A DNA stretch of 55,965 nt from Mycobacteriales bacterium (GTDB lineage Bacteria; Actinomycetota; Actinomycetes; JADGOV01): positions 1-55,965 of the forward strand of contig JBBSIN010000006.1 in the NCBI GenBank assembly GCA_038232055.1, given 5' to 3'. The position numbers and the translations under genes were made by a program. Below are positions 30,270 through 38,422 of the stretch, piece by piece; the first letter of the stretch is position 1, and every line of letters begins with the position of its first letter. The notes under the pieces are model-generated. The model did no database searches, was not told the origin of the DNA, and worked only from the letters and a program-made list of their open reading frames with translations.

Positions 30270-30883
30270 CGACGGCCGATCCCGCCGACGACTACCTCGC
30301 GACCACGCTCGGCGACTTCCTGGACGCGGTAGCTGCCGCTGCGCCGGCCCCGGGCGGTGGCGCGGTGGCCGCCGTGACGGTCGGCCTCGCCGCCGGTCTC
30401 GCCGCGATGGCAGCCAGCCTCTCCACCAGGCTTTCCGACGCCGGCCGGCTCCTCGCAGAGGCGCAGGAGCTGCGCGCTCGGGTGGCACCGCTGGCGCAAG
30501 CCGACGCAGCGGCCTATGCGGACGTTCTCGCCGCCCTAGCGATCCGCAAAGAGGGCCGCGACCGGTCGGCCGCCGTACGCCAAGCCCTCTCGCGTGCCTC
30601 CGACGTACCGCTCCGGGTTGCCGAGGCGGGTGCTGCCACGGCGCGGCTCGCCGAACGGCTCGAGCGGGACGGCAACCCGAACCTGCGCGGGGACGCCGCT
30701 ACTGCACGTCTGCTCGCCACCGCGGCGGTGCGCTCGGCGGCCACGCTCGTCGATCTCAACCTTGCCGCCGCCGGCGACAATTCCGCTGCCGCCGACACCC
30801 CGGACCCGCGGGTGGCGCGGGCGCGGGCGCTGGCCGACGAAGCGCACACGGCGTGGCTGAGGCTCCCGTACGGCAAATCGTGA
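30266..30883 (+). CDS. Cyclodeaminase/cyclohydrolase family protein (FTCD C-terminal / FchA-like)
   Basis: FLDAVAA..PAPGGGAVAA, D..AY, ASDVPL, GNPNL.GD; GTGA overlap with fhs. Confidence 0.85.
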   Translation: MTTADPADDYLATTLGDFLDAVAAAAPAPGGGAVAAVTVGLAAGLAAMAASLSTRLSDAGRLLAEAQELRARVAPLAQADAAAYADVLAALAIRKEGRDRSAAVRQALSRASDVPLRVAEAGAATARLAERLERDGNPNLRGDAATARLLATAAVRSAATLVDLNLAAAGDNSAAADTPDPRVARARALADEAHTAWLRLPYGKS

Positions 30884-30894
30884 CAGTGTCGTGC

Positions 30895-30930
30895 TTGTCA
30901 ATTCCTTGATCATGGTGCTATAGCAACAAC
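30895..30930 (+). promoter_or_regulatory. Probable leaderless promoter (TTGTCA-N18-TATAGC) overlapped by an operator-like GGTGC-N7-ACAAC
   Basis: AT-rich patch; the -10-like hexamer ends 7 nt before GTG 30932; no RBS. Confidence 0.45.
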
Positions 30931-30931
30931 T

Positions 30932-31741
30932 GTGGTTGATGTTCGGGCAAGCGGTGTGCACCGCGCGATGGCGACGTTGATCGCGTTGGGCTCGGAGGAG
31001 ACAGTCGAACGAGGCGGGCTGGGCGTGGTTCGGCTAGCGGAACTCATCGGTGAGGACAAGAGCCAGGCGTCCCGGATGCTGCGGGTCCTCGGCGAGAGCG
31101 GCCTCGTCGAGCGCGACCCGGACACCCGTGGCTATCGCCTCGGTTGGCAGTTCTTCGCGCTGGCGGCCCGGGCGGGCGATCGCCGTCTGCTGGAGGCCGC
31201 GACCCCGGTGTTGCTTCGCCTGGTGCAGCAGCTCGGCGAGCGCGTCAACCTCTCGGTACGCCGAGGCACCGACGTGCTGACCGTGCTCTCCGAGTCGCCG
31301 CCGCACGCCGTCCAGACGGCGGGCTGGGTGGGCCGCACCGTTCCCGCCTACTGCACGTCCTCCGGCCGGGCGCTGCTTTTCGACTGCGGGCTCTCGGACC
31401 TCAGCGCGCTCTTCGCGACCACGCCGTTGCGTCAGCTCGGCCCGAATACCCCCCGTGACGTCGACGAGCTGGCCCGCCGCATTGCCGCCGACCGGACCCG
31501 CGGATATGCCATTGTTGACGAGGAGTTCGAGCCGGGGTTGGTGGGTGCGGCGGCCCCGGTACGGGACTTCCGAGATCGGATCGTCGCTGCGGTGAACGTC
31601 TCGGCGCCACGGTTCCGCCTCGGCCGCCAGGTCGAGGCTGCCGGCCGGGTCATCGCCGAAGCCACCGACGAGCTGTCCCGGCTCCTCGGCAAGGCCACCG
31701 TGGCCCCGCGGGCACGACGACGGGAGGCGACCACGCGGTGA
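30932..31741 (+). CDS. IclR family transcriptional regulator
   Basis: GVHRAMATL, HTH GVVRLAELIGEDKSQASRMLRVL, GERVNL, YCTSSGRALL, GAAAPVRD. Confidence 0.9.
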   Translation: MVDVRASGVHRAMATLIALGSEETVERGGLGVVRLAELIGEDKSQASRMLRVLGESGLVERDPDTRGYRLGWQFFALAARAGDRRLLEAATPVLLRLVQQLGERVNLSVRRGTDVLTVLSESPPHAVQTAGWVGRTVPAYCTSSGRALLFDCGLSDLSALFATTPLRQLGPNTPRDVDELARRIAADRTRGYAIVDEEFEPGLVGAAAPVRDFRDRIVAAVNVSAPRFRLGRQVEAAGRVIAEATDELSRLLGKATVAPRARRREATTR

Positions 31742-32385
31742 GCTTCTTCGACTACGTCTCCCGGCAACGGCCTCGGATCACCGAACTGCTGATACAGCAC
31801 GCGCAAGTCGTGCTGGTCGCCATGCTCATCGCCACGGTGGTGGGGGTGGCCATCGGTTTGCTCGTGCACCGAAGCCGGCGCGCCACCGACCTGGCCCTCG
31901 CCGTCACCGGGACGTTTCTGACGATCCCCTCCTTCGCGTTGTTCGTGCTACTGATCCCGTTGGTGGGCCTTGGCTATCTGCCCACCGTGGTCGCCCTCGT
32001 GCTCTACGCTCTGCTGCCGATCGTCCGCAACACGGTGGCCGGACTTGGTTCCGTCGACCCGGCGATCATGGAATCGGCGAAGGGCATGGGGCTCAACACT
32101 CGTCAGCGCCTGTGGCGAATCCAGCTGCCCCTGGCCTGGCCGGTCATCCTGACCGGAATTCGGGTTTCCACCATCGTGATCGTCGGCATCGCGGCGATTG
32201 CCGCGGTGGTCAACGGACCGGGCCTGGGCGTGCTGATCTTCGGGGGGCTGTCGGCCATCGGCAGTCCGTTCGCGCTCAACCAGGCGCTTGCCGGCGTGGT
32301 CGGCGTCGCCATCGTCGCTCTCGGCTACGACGCTGTCTTCGTGCTGATTTCCCGCTTCACGACCTCGCGAGGTATCCGTGGCTAA
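31738..32385 (+). CDS. Osmoprotectant (betaine/choline/proline) ABC transporter permease
   Basis: TIPSFALF, LYALLPIVRNT, EAA loop ESAKGMG....LWRIQLPLA.PVIL.GIR. Confidence 0.9.
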   Translation: MSFFDYVSRQRPRITELLIQHAQVVLVAMLIATVVGVAIGLLVHRSRRATDLALAVTGTFLTIPSFALFVLLIPLVGLGYLPTVVALVLYALLPIVRNTVAGLGSVDPAIMESAKGMGLNTRQRLWRIQLPLAWPVILTGIRVSTIVIVGIAAIAAVVNGPGLGVLIFGGLSAIGSPFALNQALAGVVGVAIVALGYDAVFVLISRFTTSRGIRG

Positions 32386-33613
32386 GCACACCGCACACTC
32401 CTCCGGCGGCGAGGTCATTCGCCTCGACAAGCTGACCAAGCGGTTTCCCGGACAGTCCACACCGGCGGTCGAGGAGCTGACGCTCGAGATCCCGGCCGGG
32501 GAGATCGTCGTGTTCGTCGGCCCGTCCGGATGTGGCAAGACCACCACGATGCGGATGATCAACCGCTTGATCGAGCCGTCGTCCGGTCGAATCTTCCTCG
32601 GCGACGACGACGTCACGAAGATCAACCCCGACCAGCTGCGGCGCCGGATCGGTTACGTGATCCAGCAGGTCGGCCTGTTCCCGCACATGACGATCACCGA
32701 GAACATCGGGCTGGTTCCCCAGCTGCTCGGCTGGGGCAAGTCGCGGATCCGCGAGCGTGCCGACGAGCTGCTGGAGCTGGTCGGCCTCGAGCCGGCGACC
32801 TACCGCCAGCGCTATCCCAAGGAGCTCTCCGGCGGCCAGCAGCAGCGGGTTGGAGTGGCCCGCGCCCTGGCCGCCGACCCGCCGGTCATGCTGATGGACG
32901 AGCCGTTCGGTGCGATCGACCCGATCACCCGCGAGCGGCTGCAGAACGAGTTCCTGCGGCTGCAGCAGTTGATTCGCAAGACGATCGTCTTCGTGACCCA
33001 CGACATTCACGAGGCCATCAAACTCGGCCACCGGATTGCCATCCTGGACAAGGGCTCACGGGTGGCCCAGTACGACACTCCCGAGCGCATCCTGTCGCAC
33101 CCGGCGGACGACTTCGTGGCCGAGTTCATCGGCCCAGGGGCGTCGGTGCGCAGCCTGGGGTTGACCAACTTGGTCGATGTCGAGCTCGACACCTGCTGCG
33201 TCGTCGAGCTCGATGCCAGCGTCGACAAGGCGCGCGCCGTCCTCGCTCGAACCCGACAGGACCGCGCGCTGCTGCTCGACGAACAACGCCGACCGCGCGG
33301 CTGGCGGCGGGCCGCCGACTTCGAGCAGGGACTGCTGAGTGGTGGTGGGCCGCTGGCCGTCCTCCGGCGTACGCAGACCGTGCACGACGTGCTCAACGAG
33401 CTGCTGAGGACAGGCGATACCGTCGCCGTGATCGTCGACTCCGACGGCGCGTACGACGGAGTGCTGCGGCTCGAGACCATCATGGCGATGAGCGGGCACG
33501 TCTCCCCGACGGAGCCGGCCGTCCGGACGCAGGAGCCGCGGGGTGAGGAGCCGCGCACCGGGGAGATCCTGGCCAACGACACCGTTGGCGTCCGACGCGG
33601 CGAGCCGTCGTGA
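32378..33613 (+). CDS. Osmoprotectant ABC transporter ATP-binding protein (OpuA/ProV-like, CBS-like tail)
   Basis: GPSGCGKTT, LRRRIGYVIQQVGLFPH, LSGGQQQR, LMDEPFGAIDP, VTHD. Confidence 0.93.
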   Translation: MAKHTAHSSGGEVIRLDKLTKRFPGQSTPAVEELTLEIPAGEIVVFVGPSGCGKTTTMRMINRLIEPSSGRIFLGDDDVTKINPDQLRRRIGYVIQQVGLFPHMTITENIGLVPQLLGWGKSRIRERADELLELVGLEPATYRQRYPKELSGGQQQRVGVARALAADPPVMLMDEPFGAIDPITRERLQNEFLRLQQLIRKTIVFVTHDIHEAIKLGHRIAILDKGSRVAQYDTPERILSHPADDFVAEFIGPGASVRSLGLTNLVDVELDTCCVVELDASVDKARAVLARTRQDRALLLDEQRRPRGWRRAADFEQGLLSGGGPLAVLRRTQTVHDVLNELLRTGDTVAVIVDSDGAYDGVLRLETIMAMSGHVSPTEPAVRTQEPRGEEPRTGEILANDTVGVRRGEPS

Positions 33614-34413
33614 CGATCGCCCCCGAACATCTGGTCGAGCCGCTGTCGACACCTCCCTCCGCCGCACCCGCCCGGGGGGGCGTCGTCCGGGCTCGCGGCG
33701 CGATCGGGTTGTTCTTCACCCCCGTCCTGCTCGGGTTGATCTGCCTTGCCCTGTATCTCTACGTGCACGCGCGGCCTCTCGACAGCATCGAGCAGCGGTC
33801 ACTCAACCGGGCGTTCATCGGCGAACGCCTGCTTCAGCACATCCAACTCACCGCGGTGTCGACCGCGCTGGTCATCCTCATCGCCGTCCCGCTGGGCATC
33901 GCGCTGACCCGTCCGGCGCTACGACGTGCCACGCCGTTCGTCCTCGGCATCGTCAACATTGGTCAGGCCGTCCCGTCTATCGGTGTCATCGTCCTGCTCG
34001 CAATCACCGTCGGCATCGGGTTCGGCAAGGCGGTGATAGCGCTGGTCATCTACTCCGTGCTGCCCGTCCTTCGGAACACGATGGTCGGCCTGCAGCAGGT
34101 CGACCGATCACTCGTCGACGCCGGCCGTGGCATGGGCATGACGAAGTCGTCCGTGCTGCTCCGCGTCGAGCTGCCGCTCGCGGTGCCGGTCATGCTGGCC
34201 GGCATCCGTACGGCGCTGATCATCAACGTCGGTACCGCCACGCTGGCCACCTTCACCAACGCCGGCGGCCTCGGCGACATCATCGATGCCGGGTTGGTGC
34301 TGGACCGGCGACCGGTCCTGATCACGGGCGCCGTGCTGGTCGCGGTGCTCGCGCTCACCATCGACTGGCTGGCCGGGCTGGCCGAGCGCGTGCTGCGCCC
34401 GCGGGGCCTATAG
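33610..34413 (+). CDS. Osmoprotectant ABC transporter permease
   Basis: GQAVPSIG, LPVLRNT, DAGRGMGM....LLRVELPLA.PV..AGIR, GGLG. Confidence 0.9.
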   Translation: MTIAPEHLVEPLSTPPSAAPARGGVVRARGAIGLFFTPVLLGLICLALYLYVHARPLDSIEQRSLNRAFIGERLLQHIQLTAVSTALVILIAVPLGIALTRPALRRATPFVLGIVNIGQAVPSIGVIVLLAITVGIGFGKAVIALVIYSVLPVLRNTMVGLQQVDRSLVDAGRGMGMTKSSVLLRVELPLAVPVMLAGIRTALIINVGTATLATFTNAGGLGDIIDAGLVLDRRPVLITGAVLVAVLALTIDWLAGLAERVLRPRGL

Positions 34414-34470
34414 GAAACGTCAACCACCGATCCGTCAACGGGGGGGACCCCACCACAGGAGGAGCTCGCA

Positions 34471-35448
34471 ATGCGACTCGGTACCAGCACCTTCGGGCGA
34501 GGCCTCGCCTGCCTTGTGGTCGTCGCCACCGCGGCCACCGCCTGCGGCAGCTCGAGCAGCGACAACACGCCCAGTTCCCAGGGATCCGGCTTGGGCTCGG
34601 GGCAAGCAGCGGCGCTGCAGGGCGCGAAGTTCACGGTGGGCGGCAAAGAGTTCACCGAACAGAAGATCCTCTGTGAGATGACCGCTCAGGCACTCGAAGC
34701 TGCGGGCGCGACGGTCAAGCGGCAGTGCGGGCTTTCCGGCAGCTCCACTGTGCGTACGGCGCTCACGTCCGGTCGCATCGACATGTACTGGGAATACACC
34801 GGGACGGGGTGGATCACCTACCTCAAGCACACCATGCCGATTCCGGACTCGGCCAAGCAGTACAACGCCGTCGCCGCGGAGGACCTGAGCAAGAACAAGA
34901 TCAAGTGGCTTCCCCCGGCGCCGTTCTCCAACACCTATGCGCTGGGCGTCAAGGCGGACACGCTGCCGAACGTCAAGACGCTCTCCGACTACGGCCAGCT
35001 CGCCCAGAGCACTCCCAAGGACGCTTCACTCTGTGTCGCCACGGAGTTCGTCAACCGCGACGACGGCTTGCCGGGACTGGAGAAGGCGTACGGGTTCAAC
35101 ATCTCCGGGGGCGACCTCGCCACCCTCGACGCGGGCGCCATCTACAACTCGATCAAGAAGGGCAACCCCTGCAACTTCGGCGAAGTCTTCACGACCGACG
35201 GCCGCATCGAGGGGCTGGGCCTACGCGTGCTCGATGACGACAAGAACTTCTTCCCGATCTACAACCCGTCGCTGACGGTCCGTAGCTCGGTTCTGCAGGC
35301 CAACCCGAACCTCGCCAAGATCATCGACCCGATCGCCAAGGCGCTGGACACCGCGACGATGCAGAAGCTGAACGCCGACGCCGACGTCAACGGCGACCAG
35401 CCGGCGGACGTGGCCAAGAAGTTCCTGCAGGACAAGGGCCTTCTCTAG
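34471..35448 (+). CDS. Glycine betaine ABC transporter substrate-binding lipoprotein (OsmF/OpuAC-like)
   Basis: Lipobox ATAC; VGGKEFTEQ.IL, YWEYTGT, NTYAL, EF..R.DGL.GL...YG, FTTDGRI, LDDDKNFFP.Y. Confidence 0.92.
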   Translation: MRLGTSTFGRGLACLVVVATAATACGSSSSDNTPSSQGSGLGSGQAAALQGAKFTVGGKEFTEQKILCEMTAQALEAAGATVKRQCGLSGSSTVRTALTSGRIDMYWEYTGTGWITYLKHTMPIPDSAKQYNAVAAEDLSKNKIKWLPPAPFSNTYALGVKADTLPNVKTLSDYGQLAQSTPKDASLCVATEFVNRDDGLPGLEKAYGFNISGGDLATLDAGAIYNSIKKGNPCNFGEVFTTDGRIEGLGLRVLDDDKNFFPIYNPSLTVRSSVLQANPNLAKIIDPIAKALDTATMQKLNADADVNGDQPADVAKKFLQDKGLL

Positions 35449-35468
35449 CGGCGCGCTGTAGGTCGACG

Positions 35469-36305
35469 TCAGGCGTCGCCGCCCTCGGCGATGAGGCGCT
35501 CCAACTCCCTGACGAGGAGGCCCAGCCGGGCGTTCTTGAGCAGCGGAAGCTGGCGCCGGCGGCGGCGCGCCGCGGCGACGTCGACGTCGACGACGAGCAG
35601 AGCCTCCTGCTTGACCGGAGCGGTCGAGACGATCTGACCGGCCGGATCGACGACGCAGGAACCGCCCCAGAACTCCAGCTCGCCGATCGTGCCCACGCGG
35701 TTGACGAAGACCACCCACAGTTCGTTCATGCGGGCTACGGCTCGAAGGACGTCGCGCCAGTAGTCCTGGGTGTCGAGCAGCTCGGGCGCTCGGGTGTCGA
35801 CGCTGTTCGTCGGGATGAACAGCACCTCGGCCCCGTCCTGCGCGAGCAGGAACGGCGGGCAGGCCTGCCAGGCGTCGTTGCAGCCGAGGATGCCCATGCG
35901 CCCATGGGGAGTGGAAAAGGCCCGAAGGGACGTGCCGGGGCTGAAGTGCTTGTGCTCCTCCCAGATGGCGTACGTCGGCAGGTACAGCTTGCGGTGCACG
36001 TGGACGAGCCGACCGTCCGCCAGATAGGCCGTGCTGTTGTACGTGTGCGGACCGGCGTCCTCGTGGAACCCGATGACCACGGCGGGGCCACCGGGAGCGG
36101 CGAGGTCGCGCAGTCGCTCGTCGCCGGCCGCCAGCGCGAGGCTGGCGTCGTACCGGCCGAGGGGATAGCCGTGCAGGATCAGCTCGGGAAAGACCACGAG
36201 GTCGGCGCCCTCGTCGGCGGCCCGATCGATGGCCTTCGCCGCCGTCTCGAGGTTTGCGTCCACGTCTCCGAGCGTGCAGTCCACCTGAGCGAGCGCGACA
36301 CGCAT
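35469..36305 (-). CDS. Nitrilase/carbon-nitrogen hydrolase family amidase
   Basis: Catalytic E-K-C in VVFPEL, HRKLYLPTY and GCNDAW; VNRVG, FWGGS. Start set at ATG 36305. Confidence 0.88.
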   Translation of the reverse strand: MRVALAQVDCTLGDVDANLETAAKAIDRAADEGADLVVFPELILHGYPLGRYDASLALAAGDERLRDLAAPGGPAVVIGFHEDAGPHTYNSTAYLADGRLVHVHRKLYLPTYAIWEEHKHFSPGTSLRAFSTPHGRMGILGCNDAWQACPPFLLAQDGAEVLFIPTNSVDTRAPELLDTQDYWRDVLRAVARMNELWVVFVNRVGTIGELEFWGGSCVVDPAGQIVSTAPVKQEALLVVDVDVAAARRRRRQLPLLKNARLGLLVRELERLIAEGGDA

Positions 36306-36382
36306 GGGATGGCCCCGACCCGTCTGTATCGATGATCCACCAGCTGCCGGCCAGCCTGGCGCGATCGTACCGGCGCACCTGC

Positions 36383-37612
36383 CTACGGCGTCTCCGCCTG
36401 GCTTCGAAGCGCGCGCAGGTACCACTCGTGAAAGGTCACCACCGATCCTTCGGTCACCGGCGACAAGGGGCCCGGCAGGTAGCCGCGGGACCGTACCCCG
36501 GCGAAGTTCTGCTCGCAGAGCGCCCAGTCCTGCTCCGACGTGGCGATGCCCACCGCGGTCAGCTCCGTGACGTCGTAGTCGCGGCCCTCGACGGCATCGG
36601 AACGGACGAGGAACGTGATGTCGATCTCCGTTCTGTCGGCGTTTCCTGGCGTCAGCCGCGTCGTCATCGCGTAGTCCGCGTTGACGTGGATCCACGAGTT
36701 CGGCAGCGTGATGAAGCGCAGGCTGCCGACGTTTCCAGCCGGCAGCCTCCCGAGGGGCGGTGCCAGGAGGCGCCCGCTGAGACTCTCGGTCGCGTAGCCC
36801 TCGCGCAGCGGTAGGCGGGCGACCCGGAACCAGCCGTCGTTCGCGAAGCTGACCTCGCGAGGCGAGAGCCCGAGCTCGACCCACCGCCGGTGCTGTTCGG
36901 CCAGCGCCGCTTCGTACGCGCGGCTGGTCCGAGAGTCACCGGCGATGCCGAGGTCGTAGTTGGACTGGCAGAACTCCGGGTGGTTGACCCGGCAGTGGTA
37001 GCACTCCCGGTTGTTCTCGACGAGCGTCTTCCAGTTCGCCCCAACCGAGTAATGCGCCCGAGCCGCGACTCGGGTGTTCTCGAGCTCATGCGGCGCCAGT
37101 TGCGGCTCGACGACGGCGGTCACGTCGTCGAAGGACGGGGGGGTGTCGGCGAAGGACACGAACAGCAGGCCGCCGAGGTTTCGCAGATGGACCGGTCGCA
37201 GCGCCAGTTCCTCGCGGGACAGGGCCCCCATGTGCGGCGCGCCGCGCAACGAGCCGTCCAGGCCGTAGGTCCACTGGTGGTAGGGACAGACCACGACACG
37301 GGTGGACTCGTTGCCGTCGGGTAGCAGCCGGCAGCCGCGGTGCCGGCACACGTTGTGGCTCGCGGTGATGCTGCCGTCGTCGGCTCGCATGAGCAGGACG
37401 GAGTCTCGCCCCACGCTCCATGCCGCCACGTCGCCCGGTGTCGCGATCTCGCTGGCGGCGCCGAAGAAAAGCCAGTTCGGCGCGAAGACCTGCTCGAGGT
37501 CGGCCTCGAACATGTCGTCGGCGACGTAGTAGTGCTGCGGCAGCGTGAGTCCAGCGGCGTACGCCGGGACCCGTTCCGCTGTGGCGCTCAGAACCATGCG
37601 GGTGCCCGTCAT
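36383..37612 (-). CDS. Rieske non-heme iron oxygenase alpha subunit (GbcA/stachydrine N-demethylase-like)
   Basis: NVCRHRG and CPYHQWTY Rieske ligands; NWK..VENNRECYHC..NHPE; DAVEG.DYD; QD..LCE; Y.PGPLS. Confidence 0.9.
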   Translation of the reverse strand: MTGTRMVLSATAERVPAYAAGLTLPQHYYVADDMFEADLEQVFAPNWLFFGAASEIATPGDVAAWSVGRDSVLLMRADDGSITASHNVCRHRGCRLLPDGNESTRVVVCPYHQWTYGLDGSLRGAPHMGALSREELALRPVHLRNLGGLLFVSFADTPPSFDDVTAVVEPQLAPHELENTRVAARAHYSVGANWKTLVENNRECYHCRVNHPEFCQSNYDLGIAGDSRTSRAYEAALAEQHRRWVELGLSPREVSFANDGWFRVARLPLREGYATESLSGRLLAPPLGRLPAGNVGSLRFITLPNSWIHVNADYAMTTRLTPGNADRTEIDITFLVRSDAVEGRDYDVTELTAVGIATSEQDWALCEQNFAGVRSRGYLPGPLSPVTEGSVVTFHEWYLRALRSQAETP

Positions 37613-37614
37613 CT

Positions 37615-37631
37615 GTTGCACATACGGTAAC
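37615..37631. promoter_or_regulatory. Putative operator GTTGC-N7-GTAAC at the Rieske gene start
   Basis: GTTGCACATACGGTAAC has the same geometry as the motifs at 22796 and 30914. Confidence 0.45.
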
Positions 37632-37714
37632 TGCAGTTGCTAATGCTACCAGAGGGCTGCGGCACGGCAGACTGCAGTCGCAACGGAGCCGGGTGGAGAC
37701 GACTTGGAGGCCAC

Positions 37715-38377
37715 GTGTCCTGCAATCCCCGCCACGTCACCGTGCCGGCCCCGACGCTCGGCATTGCCGAGGACGAGGCCGTGCGGCTCAGCGAGGAGTT
37801 CTACCGGCTCATGGCGAAGCGGCGTACGGTGCGGGACTTCGCCGCCGATCCGGTGCCGATCGAGGTCATCCGCAACGCCGTACGTACGGCGGCCAGTGCG
37901 CCGAGCGGTGCGCACATCCAGCCGTGGCGTTTCGTGGTCGTCGCGGACCCACGGCTCAAGCGGTTGCTCCGCGAAGGGGCGGAGCAGGAAGAACGGAGCT
38001 TCTACGCCAGCCCGGGAGCGCGGGAGTGGCTCGCGGCGCTCGAACCGCTCGGCACCGACTGGCGCAAACCCTTCCTCGAGGTGGCGCCGTACGTCATCGT
38101 CGTCTTCGAGGTCCACGCGGGTCGCCACTCGCCACGGCCCTATTACGCCAAGGAGTCGGTCGGCATCGCCGTGGGCTTCCTGCTGGCGGCGCTGCATCAG
38201 GCGGGACTCGCCACGCTGACTCACACACCGAGCCCGATGCGCTGGATCAACGAGGTGCTCGACCGCCCGCGCGAGGAGCGGCCGTTCGTCATGGTGCCGG
38301 TCGGGTATCCCGCGCCGGACGCCGAGGTGCCGGATCTGCAACGCAAGCGGCTCGACGAGGTGCTCGTGGAGCAGTGA
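37715..38377 (+). CDS. Iodotyrosine deiodinase-like nitroreductase
   Basis: RRTVRDF, APSGAH.QPW, AE.EE..FY, L.PLGTDW.KPFLE.AP, YY..ESVGIA.G, THTPSPM, PVGYPA; GGAGG RBS before GTG 37715. Confidence 0.85.
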   Translation: MSCNPRHVTVPAPTLGIAEDEAVRLSEEFYRLMAKRRTVRDFAADPVPIEVIRNAVRTAASAPSGAHIQPWRFVVVADPRLKRLLREGAEQEERSFYASPGAREWLAALEPLGTDWRKPFLEVAPYVIVVFEVHAGRHSPRPYYAKESVGIAVGFLLAALHQAGLATLTHTPSPMRWINEVLDRPREERPFVMVPVGYPAPDAEVPDLQRKRLDEVLVEQ

Positions 38378-38422
38378 CGGCCGACCTCCGTATCGTGACG
38401 CGGACGGCCGATGGAGGTGCTC

